From NCBI GenBank assembly GCA_002336035.1, contig DDED01000160.1:18116-82115 (forward strand): a stretch of 64,000 bases of DNA, given 5' to 3'. The notes under the pieces were generated by a model. It was given only the letters and a program-made list of their open reading frames with translations, was not told the origin of the DNA and did no database searches. A program made the translations under genes and the position numbers. Shown here in pieces: positions 57,045 through 64,000 of this stretch (positions are counted from its first letter, which is position 1; each line of letters begins with the position of its first letter). Source of the DNA: Cellvibrionales bacterium UBA1963 (GTDB lineage: Bacteria; Pseudomonadota; Gammaproteobacteria; Pseudomonadales; UBA7434).

Positions 57045-57485
57045 ATGGTAAGATCAAAGAAAAATAGATTGGCAGCGGTCGGTCTGCTGTTGACTCTGCT
57101 CGTCGTGTCTCAACTTAGCCGCGCAGAAGAAAAAACTGATGTTGGTGATCGAGGCATGAGTGATGCATTTTATATCGCAATAGAACCAACGTTAGTGAGT
57201 CATTTTGGTGACGCTAACGACATCGCTTACATCAAAAGCGAAGTCAGCGTGCGAGTAAATAACATTGAGGCAAAAGATTTCGTCAATTTACATCAGCCAT
57301 TGATTAGAGATTTATTGTTGACCAATTTTTCTGTGATGACGCATGAAGCATTGAATAATAGAGACAAAAAAGAGCAATTTCAAAAAAGACTTCTCACCAT
57401 TCTAAAAAAAGAGCTGATAAAAGAGGGGGCGCAGGCGGCATCAATTGAGAATGTGTTGTTTACCCGTTTTTCAGTGTACCAATAA
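57045..57485 (+). CDS. FliL-like basal-body-associated protein (orphan copy)
   Basis: An N-terminal TM/signal segment is followed by YIAIEPTLVSHF...YIKSEVSVRV...HQPLIRDLLLTNFS...KEQFQKRLL, the FliL-family pattern. An alternative start lies at 57012. Confidence 0.55.
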   Translation: MVRSKKNRLAAVGLLLTLLVVSQLSRAEEKTDVGDRGMSDAFYIAIEPTLVSHFGDANDIAYIKSEVSVRVNNIEAKDFVNLHQPLIRDLLLTNFSVMTHEALNNRDKKEQFQKRLLTILKKELIKEGAQAASIENVLFTRFSVYQ

Positions 57486-57823
57486 CGCAAAAAAAACAGC
57501 CGTAGTGCAGGTGTAAAGCGTTTTTTTAAGGCGAATTAAGCCCCCAGAATTAATGCCTTACTGTCCCAGTTTGAAGCAGCCTAAAGATCAAAAAATGCAT
57601 GAATTTCAAAAATGAAATTTTAATTCCGCGACTATAATTCAGAAACAGTGGGTTGGCTTGCTGAACACACAAAGGAACATTGAGATAGGTGAGTAACACT
57701 TGGTCAAGCTATAAAAAAGTGCCTCTAACTACACGCCTCTAACTATATGGGGTTCGACGACCCAATGTCAACGAGACTCAATCCCCCGCATGCTCATGAT
57801 CCTTTATTGTAGACTCTTTAGGT

Positions 57824-58385
57824 ATGAGTAAGTACGGTTTTAGTCCGTATAGGGTGTGGTTTTTATCTTTTAGCAAACTTAAGGGTAGGGCCTCGAGATG
57901 GCTGGATGGCCGGTATTCAAGGCACTACAAATATTCCAATAGGCAGTGCGAATAGCTATCGACGTTATGGTTCTCATAATCAGTTGAAAGTTAGAGGGGG
58001 TGTTTCGGCATAAAAGCCATTATCTCCCCAATATTCATAGGACCAACAAGGGCATTGTTTTCACAACTAACTAACAATTTTTTGGGGCTTAGACAGCATA
58101 AAAGCATCAATCTGCAGTCCTAGCAGCACCTGACAGACTGTAGAATGCAGTTAATGACAGTGTGTAACCCAACTCAGACCTGGTCGCGCACAAAACCTTT
58201 TTAATGCGCCATATTTTTTGCGGTTACTTCGGCAATAAAATCCCAATGACTATATGCACTCTAATTACCAATGGCATTTGACAAATTTTTTCAGCCAAAA
58301 ATTGGCTATCAATTTCATCGCTGGCCTCGTCCAATAAGCGAGTATCAAACCATGAAGTGGCTGTCCTCATTGTTGTTATAAACCG
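57824..58385 (+). pseudogene. Decayed IS3-family transposase remnant (OrfA C-terminus plus truncated, frameshifted OrfB)
   Basis: There is no ORF of 60 aa or more across about 900 nt. My conceptual translation across shifting + frames gives FLSFSKLKG (compare the YFAKRLK end of IS3 OrfA), ALQIFQ*..SANSYRRYGSHNQLKVRGGVSA*K (compare S..RYG..RI...L...G..V..K), DQQGH (compare RRQGL), NPTQTW (compare PNQ.W), IFFAVTSAIKSQ (compare LYLAVVIDL.SR) and QFH...EYQT (compare HSDRG.QY.S). Several stops and frameshifts interrupt it. This is recognition from memory and is unverified. Confidence 0.35.
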
Positions 58386-58403
58386 ATAAAAAATCAAGGT
58401 AGC

Positions 58404-60011
58404 TTATTGATTAAAATAGTCGGCTAAAAAAGTTGAAAAATCAACGTCATCTTCTTGTTCCAGCCCCTCCTGTTGCTCAACTGAATGACGCGCGATTGAC
58501 ATAAGGCTTTCTTGTTGATGCGTGTCAATATTTAACGCGCTAAAATAATCAGCATGACTAGTAGCTTGAGCTAAATTGAATTGAATATGTGACGCTTTGG
58601 ATTCGTCCATCTTTGCAAGTACGCGGGCTGATGGTGTTAATGCGCTGTCGGAAACTTTTTCACGTTGAGCAATGACGGTTTCAGTATAATGGGTGCCGCC
58701 GTGGGCATTATCTAATTCAGTAGCGATATCGTGGATTTGATCGAGCATATTATTTGCGCATTTTTGCATGGGTAGCTCTTGGCCACCACATAAAACGTTT
58801 AATCCGGGCTTCCTGCCATAATTAACAATACGTTCTTGATTTAATGCAATTAACTCATATTCTTTGGGGTTACTAGGTGGGCTTTCAGACGTCAAACAAT
58901 ACAGTAAAAAGGCATCAAGAAAACGAATTGTTGTATCATCGATGCCACGTGGACTAAAGGGGCTAATATCAAGACACCTTATTTCTATATACTCTACACC
59001 GCGTTGAGTTAGTGCCTTAATCGGTGTTTCGCCACTGCGAGCAACTTGCTTTGGACGAATAGCAGAATAAAATTCATTTTCTATTTGTAGCATTGAGGAC
59101 GAAAGCTGTTGATGCTCTCCATTTACTGGATCGGCAAATTTCTGATAATCAGGGTAAGGTGTGCGCAGCGCTTTATTGATGGTGTCAGCGTAGCTTTGCA
59201 GTGTGTTGTAACACACATACAGTGCATTTTGTGCAGAGCTTTGATAGCCAAGGTCACCCATTCGTAACGATGTAGCAAAGGGTTTGTAAATATCATTTTC
59301 AGAAAGCGACTGTAAATCATGATGCCTTTCTTGGACAAAAGATTTATCGGCACAGGGTGCTGCGCCAAACAAATAAATTAACAGCCAGTAGTAACGCCTA
59401 AAATTTCTTATCAGGTCAAAGTAACGTTGATCAATATAATGTTGTAGATATTTATGCTCAGTCTGACCATTACACTTATCGTGTTCGAATGCATGACGCC
59501 AAAAGGTTTCAGGTAATGAAAAGTTATAATGGATACCAGCGACAGTTTGCATTGCTCGGCCATAACGGTGGCCAAGCCCTCTGCGATATACGGTTTTCAT
59601 TGTTGCTACGTTAGACCGCCCATATTGAGCAATAGGTATGTGCTTATCCGTTGGAAGAATACAGGGCATACTAGCTCCCCAGATGATTTCGTCGTTCATT
59701 TGCTGATAAGCTAAAGCATGTGTGGTGTCTAAATACACTAAAGTCTCGTCAATTGAATCAAAAACAGGAGTAATAAATTCTAGCAATGATTCGCTGAAAT
59801 CGGTGGTTAACCAACTGTTGGTTAATGCAGAGCCAAGCCCTATGGGATGAGCACTTTGGGCTAGCTCGCCGGTTAACGTGGTCCGTAACCCTTCTTTTTC
59901 AATGCCGCGCTGAATTCTTCTCAGTAGAGGGTTAACTTTTTGGTCTGCCAAAAAGTTTAAGTTATGCGAAAACGTGTCCTTAGACGATCTTGGCCGGCCA
60001 GATTCAGGCAT
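58404..60011 (-). CDS. gshA: Glutamate--cysteine ligase
   Basis: 535 aa, with RGIEKEGLR, the proteobacterial GshA pattern throughout, and a slightly extended C-terminus. Confidence 0.9.
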   Translation of the reverse strand: MPESGRPRSSKDTFSHNLNFLADQKVNPLLRRIQRGIEKEGLRTTLTGELAQSAHPIGLGSALTNSWLTTDFSESLLEFITPVFDSIDETLVYLDTTHALAYQQMNDEIIWGASMPCILPTDKHIPIAQYGRSNVATMKTVYRRGLGHRYGRAMQTVAGIHYNFSLPETFWRHAFEHDKCNGQTEHKYLQHYIDQRYFDLIRNFRRYYWLLIYLFGAAPCADKSFVQERHHDLQSLSENDIYKPFATSLRMGDLGYQSSAQNALYVCYNTLQSYADTINKALRTPYPDYQKFADPVNGEHQQLSSSMLQIENEFYSAIRPKQVARSGETPIKALTQRGVEYIEIRCLDISPFSPRGIDDTTIRFLDAFLLYCLTSESPPSNPKEYELIALNQERIVNYGRKPGLNVLCGGQELPMQKCANNMLDQIHDIATELDNAHGGTHYTETVIAQREKVSDSALTPSARVLAKMDESKASHIQFNLAQATSHADYFSALNIDTHQQESLMSIARHSVEQQEGLEQEDDVDFSTFLADYFNQ

Positions 60012-60096
60012 GTTTTATCCTTTGGTAATTGTTAAAAAGCAGTGTAACAGCTGAACTGACGTTTTTAATAACGCTTTAATTATTATTAACCACCCT

Positions 60097-61107
60097 TTAG
60101 AGTGTTAACATTCGCTGCCAAAACCAGATTGAGCCTATAATTCCAATAATATAAAAGCCGACTCTCTTTACCGTTGATGAAATTTTTAATTGCATGAAAC
60201 TGCATAGATAAAGTGCTAAAAATAGTAAGCCAACAACCAATAGCTGTCCGATTTCAATACCAATATTAAAGGCGGCTAAAGCGGGAAAAATGGCCTGTTG
60301 TGGGAGTCCAATCTCAGCCAGAGCGCCAGCGAAACCCATGCCGTGCAATAAGCCAAAGCTGCCTGACATGAGCCAAGGGCGCGACCGAATAATCCCTTGC
60401 TGGTTTGGCTTCAACGCGTCAGTGGCAGCCCAGCAAATAGAAAGGGCTATCATGGCTTCGACAAAGTATGACGGTAGGCTGATATTGCTTAATGCTGTCG
60501 TTGATAAAGTGATACTGTGGCCAATAGTGAAAAAAGTAATAGTCCAGAATAACTGTCTGTTCCAGCCAACCAGTAATGCAAGCGTGATCACAAAAAGAAT
60601 GTGATCAACGCCTGTCATCAGGTGATCAACACCTAATTTAATATAGCGTGCAACCACTTCAAAAAGATTTTGCTTAGAAGGAACGACCAAAAAGTTATTT
60701 TGTTGATCCAGCATTTGATGAATCAGACGACCGTCATTAAATTTAATTCGTAATAACACCCCGCTGCCGCGCTTATTCATCCCTTTTACGCCGATAGTTT
60801 GACCAACTAAATGCTCGCTACAGTTCAGCTTAAAACGTTGAGAACGGCCCGTGCCCTCAGCCAATGCCTGTTTAACCTCTTGCAGCTGACATTGGCTAGG
60901 AAATACAGGCTGTAATTGACCTTGGGCAGCAATCTTTTTGGGTAACTTCCACACCCCTTGAAATTGTTTATCGGCAATTTCATCAATTGCTAATAAACCG
61001 GGTGCAAGAGGATGTGCGTGAACGAGAAAGGGCTGCAATAAAATACATATAAATAAATAGGACGGTATACCGAGATGCCTTAAAGCATCGGCTAGTCGTT
61101 TAATCAT
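60097..61107 (-). CDS. HupE/UreJ-family membrane protein with an extra N-terminal periplasmic domain
   Basis: A signal peptide ending VHAHP is followed by a ~140-aa soluble domain. The HupE-like TM core follows (HILFVITLALLVGW, FTIGHSITL, GLLHGMGFAGAL, FNIGIEIGQL). The start is at 61107 or 61125. Confidence 0.65.
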   Translation of the reverse strand: MIKRLADALRHLGIPSYLFICILLQPFLVHAHPLAPGLLAIDEIADKQFQGVWKLPKKIAAQGQLQPVFPSQCQLQEVKQALAEGTGRSQRFKLNCSEHLVGQTIGVKGMNKRGSGVLLRIKFNDGRLIHQMLDQQNNFLVVPSKQNLFEVVARYIKLGVDHLMTGVDHILFVITLALLVGWNRQLFWTITFFTIGHSITLSTTALSNISLPSYFVEAMIALSICWAATDALKPNQQGIIRSRPWLMSGSFGLLHGMGFAGALAEIGLPQQAIFPALAAFNIGIEIGQLLVVGLLFLALYLCSFMQLKISSTVKRVGFYIIGIIGSIWFWQRMLTL

Positions 61108-62134
61108 TGTTATTTTTAAGCGCATTTAACATTAACACTGTTTGGATGCCTGTTTCATCTTCGATCAGCACGCGGTAGCCGGTTTTAAGATCGCTAATTG
61201 TCTCATTATAACGCTCAAGTGTGTATTGCCTGTTTAACGTGTTGATGATTTGCCGCTTAACTTCGTCCAAGGGTTTAAGTGTGGAATTTTTTTTTTCGTT
61301 AAGCCATATGAAGTGCTGTCCAAAAGCTGACTCAATAGGTTCAGACCAAGACTGCAGTGTTAACTTTGCTAGTTGGTCTGAAAACGACTGGCCAAATCGT
61401 TTTGCAATGCTGTGCTCGCTTTGTAGATTGAAGTGATGACCGCCATAAAACACATCGCCAAGTGCAATAGCTGCAGAAATATGATCGTTACTGGGGTTAT
61501 TCCGTGGGATTGCGGAACGATCTGAATAATTAATAGTTGAAAAATCCGATTGAAGTGTCTTAAACAAATCTCTGTCGTTAGAAGTGGTTAAGTGGTGGTT
61601 GTCGACAGATAAATAGACATGTGAGAAAGCGTATTTTGGCGCATCAATATATAATGATTGATTTTTTTTATACCAGTCGTTAATGGCTTGATTGCTAGGC
61701 GTCTGAGAGGAAGCACTGTTTCTTAGTGCTGCTTGATAAATGCTGATCATTTGTCGTCTGACAATAATGTCGGTTTCATCAAGCTTCATCGCTAAGGCTG
61801 CTTGATATTTTTCTTCGAGGCTTTGCTCAGGGTTAGCTAATTGCAGGAACTCAGCAATATTGGCTAACCTGAGAACGACGCTATCGACTTTATCAAAACC
61901 CGACTTTTTGGCTTCTAAGAAAAGAATTTCTTGCTCAGCTAGTAATTGAGCCGTGCTATTAAAATCGACTGTCTGCGCATTGACTGACTGGGCCAATTCT
62001 CTTTGCAATGCGTTTATTTCGCCATGGTGTAAAACAATTGTTGTTTGCTGTGGTTTTAATTGACTTGCCATTGTCAATAGAAAGCCGATAATTAAGCAAT
62101 GCAAAAAAGGATTTTTTATTAGCTGATGTATCAC
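61100..62134 (-). CDS. Membrane-anchored or periplasmic protein with a parvulin/PpiC-like C-terminal region (tentative)
   Basis: 344 aa with an N-terminal hydrophobic segment. The C-terminal pattern SEPIESAFGQHFIWL resembles PpiC-type PPIase-like domains (S.FG.H.I). It overlaps the HupE-like gene by 8-26 nt, so the two are probably co-transcribed. Confidence 0.4.
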   Translation of the reverse strand: MIHQLIKNPFLHCLIIGFLLTMASQLKPQQTTIVLHHGEINALQRELAQSVNAQTVDFNSTAQLLAEQEILFLEAKKSGFDKVDSVVLRLANIAEFLQLANPEQSLEEKYQAALAMKLDETDIIVRRQMISIYQAALRNSASSQTPSNQAINDWYKKNQSLYIDAPKYAFSHVYLSVDNHHLTTSNDRDLFKTLQSDFSTINYSDRSAIPRNNPSNDHISAAIALGDVFYGGHHFNLQSEHSIAKRFGQSFSDQLAKLTLQSWSEPIESAFGQHFIWLNEKKNSTLKPLDEVKRQIINTLNRQYTLERYNETISDLKTGYRVLIEDETGIQTVLMLNALKNNND

Positions 62135-62218
62135 AACGGCCCAACTAGAATGAGTAAAAAAATAAATTTTATCTGGCTATAGAGACAAATAGTCTATTTA
62201 TTTGGTAATTAATATAAG

Positions 62219-63508
62219 CTACTGCTGTTGTTCACGCTTTATTGCGCGAAAACCGATATCTTTTCTCGATTGAACGCCTGGCCATTGAATTTTTTCGACC
62301 GTGGCATGGGCCTTTGCTTGAGCTTCGGTGACGCTTTTAGCCAGTGCCGTAACACATAAAACGCGACCACCCGCAGTAATAATATTACCGTCTTGTTGCT
62401 GGGTCCCAGCGTGAAAAACTTTACAGTCTTTAGCGTCGACAGCTTCAAGACCTTCTATCGTATCGCCTTTATTATACTCATTCGGGTATCCGCCTGCAGC
62501 AAGGACAACACCTAGCGCGACTTGATCTGTCCAATTAATTGTTTGCTCAGCCAGCGTGCCATCCACGGTGGCAAGACACAATTGATGAAAGTCAGATTCC
62601 ATGCGCATCATGATTGGTTGTGTTTCAGGATCGCCAAAACGGCAGTTGTATTCAATAACTTTTGGATCGCCTTGGGAGTTAATCATCAAACCGGCATAAA
62701 GGAACCCACTGTAATGATTGCCTTCAGCAGCCATGCCGCGGACCGTAGGATAGATAACTTGCGACATAATTTTATCGTGAACCTCGCTAGTGACGACAGG
62801 AGCCGGCGAATAAGCTCCCATGCCACCCGTGTTAGGCCCCGTATCACCTTCGCCAATTCGCTTATGGTCTTGACTGGTTGCCATGGGTAGGACGGTTTTA
62901 CCATCGGTTACAACAATAAAGCTGGCTTCTTCGCCCTCAAGAAATTCTTCAACGACTACCTTGTGACCGGCTTCGCCAAAAGCATTGCCGGCAAGCATGT
63001 CTTGAATAGCGGTTTCTGCTTGCTGCAGGGACGTAGCAACAATAACGCCCTTACCCGCGGCAAGACCATCAGCTTTAATGACAATAGGTGCGCCTTGTTT
63101 CTGAACATAAGCGAGTGCTTGTTCGGTATCAGTAAAAGTCTGATAATCGGCAGTGGGTATACCCTGTCGAGCTAGAAAATCTTTGGTGAATGACTTAGAG
63201 CCTTCGAGCTGGGCTGCTGCTGCAGTTGGGCCAAAACAGCGCAAGCCTAATTCAGAAAATCGATCGACAATACCAGCAACTAATGGCGCTTCAGGGCCAA
63301 CAATGGTTAATCCAATATTGTGTTGCTGAGCAAAAGCGGCTAGGGCATCGTGGTCATTGGGATTAATATCAACGTTTTCCAGATTGGCCTCGTTTGCTGT
63401 GCCGGCATTACCGGGTGCAACAAACACGTGTTCAACGCTTGAACTTAAAGATAACTTCCATGCCAACGCATGCTCTCTTCCGCCGCTACCAATGACTAAA
63501 ACCTGCAT
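62219..63508 (-). CDS. purD: Phosphoribosylamine--glycine ligase
   Basis: MQVLVIGSGGREHALAWKL with an ATP-grasp pattern, about 429 aa. I prefer the start at 63508. Confidence 0.95.
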   Translation of the reverse strand: MQVLVIGSGGREHALAWKLSLSSSVEHVFVAPGNAGTANEANLENVDINPNDHDALAAFAQQHNIGLTIVGPEAPLVAGIVDRFSELGLRCFGPTAAAAQLEGSKSFTKDFLARQGIPTADYQTFTDTEQALAYVQKQGAPIVIKADGLAAGKGVIVATSLQQAETAIQDMLAGNAFGEAGHKVVVEEFLEGEEASFIVVTDGKTVLPMATSQDHKRIGEGDTGPNTGGMGAYSPAPVVTSEVHDKIMSQVIYPTVRGMAAEGNHYSGFLYAGLMINSQGDPKVIEYNCRFGDPETQPIMMRMESDFHQLCLATVDGTLAEQTINWTDQVALGVVLAAGGYPNEYNKGDTIEGLEAVDAKDCKVFHAGTQQQDGNIITAGGRVLCVTALAKSVTEAQAKAHATVEKIQWPGVQSRKDIGFRAIKREQQQ

Positions 63509-63546
63509 AGTAAAATTCACTCAATAAATTAGACGATTGTTTTCAA

Positions 63547-64000
63547 TTAATGTCGAAAGTGTCGCATGCCAGTAAAGACCATTGCCATGTTATGTTCATC
63601 AGCAGCGGCAATGATCTCCTCATCTCGAATGGACCCGCCTGGTTGAATCACGCAGCTAATACCAACTTTTGCTGCATTATCGATGCCGTCGCGAAAAGGA
63701 AAGAAAGCGTCAGATGCCATGCAGGCGCCAGTGACGTCGAGCCCTGCGTGCTCAGCCTTAATGGCAGCGATTCGGGCCGAATTAATTCGGCTCATTTGCC
63801 CTGCGCCGACACCAATAGTTTGCAAGGCTTTGCCATAAATAATAGCGTTTGATTTGACCATTTTAGCAACTTTCCAGCTAAACATTAAATCAGCGATTTC
63901 ACTTGTACTCGGTTGCCTTTTGCTAACCACAGTTAATTCGTTAATGCCGACTAGGGCAATGTCGCGATCCTGAATTAGCAGCCCGCCATTGACTCGCTTT
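63547..64000 (-). CDS. purH: Bifunctional AICAR transformylase/IMP cyclohydrolase PurH (C-terminal part; 5' end beyond the window)
   Basis: [45 protein letters not shown], and a C-terminus ending MRHFRH. The frame stays open from 63930 to the window end (my translation: [26 protein letters not shown]). Confidence 0.92.
   Translation of the reverse strand, partial: KRVNGGLLIQDRDIALVGINELTVVSKRQPSTSEIADLMFSWKVAKMVKSNAIIYGKALQTIGVGAGQMSRINSARIAAIKAEHAGLDVTGACMASDAFFPFRDGIDNAAKVGISCVIQPGGSIRDEEIIAAADEHNMAMVFTGMRHFRH

Noticed and set aside
57749-57763. tRNA T-arm-like string GGGGTTCGACGACCC, possibly a tRNA/tmRNA 3' fragment or an att site
   Set aside because: Only a 3-4 bp stem forms, with a 7-9 nt loop. 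There is no acceptor stem, anticodon arm or CCA context around it. That is not enough to call a tRNA fragment. I mention it only as part of the degenerate region 57486-58403.
58221-58370. 49-aa minus-strand ORF (MRTATSWFDTRLLDEASDEIDSQFLAEKICQMPLVIRVHIVIGILLPK) next to gshA
   Set aside because: It lies antisense to the stretch that reads as IS3 OrfB remnant on the + strand. It has no RBS or recognisable motif, so it is likely a shadow ORF.
1-64000. CRISPR arrays, rRNA or tRNA genes, prophage or integrase genes, toxin-antitoxin or known defence systems
   Set aside because: I saw no regularly spaced repeats, no rRNA- or tRNA-like conserved strings, and no integrase, recombinase or defence-type domains in any of the supported ORFs. 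This was a visual scan only, so small RNAs could have been missed.

Overview
This window is mostly conserved core chromosome from a moderately AT-rich gammaproteobacterium. Gene content and local order resemble the Pseudomonas/Oceanospirillales backbone (inference from memory, not searched): ntrB, waaA, tolC, yqiB-cpdA-yqiA-parE, typA, dtd, parC, serB, epmB/efp/epmA, psd, rhodanese, rsgA, orn, ubiD-rho-trxA, slyX/fkpA, rsd, dsbB, gshA, purD-purH. I support about 58 protein-coding genes, a few hairpin terminators, several regulator-type palindromes and one decayed IS remnant. I saw no rRNA, tRNA or CRISPR array.

The stand-out accessory region is 15.3-22.3 kb. A Zur-like repressor is followed by a promoter overlapped by a Fur-family-type palindrome. 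After that come three paralogous secreted proteins of a family I cannot name, with shared ADFGDFA, HxH(I/L)(D/N)F and GAY(L/M)I(E/D) blocks. Two of them carry PEP-CTERM-like tails. They bracket a beta-helix lipoprotein and a TonB-dependent receptor with a His-rich loop. I read this as a candidate uncharacterised zinc-starvation surface capture and uptake system.

Secondary points:
- A eukaryote-like type II glutamine synthetase with NtrC-type palindromes sits near ntrB.
- A ~0.9 kb ORF-free gap next to gshA looks like a frameshifted IS3-family remnant.
- The trxA-rho leader is long, about 500 nt.
- efp, epmA and epmB form a compact module.
- An orphan Rieske oxygenase lies among NTF2/SnoaL-like paralogs.

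All functional calls rest on motif recognition in the supplied translations. No database search was run.
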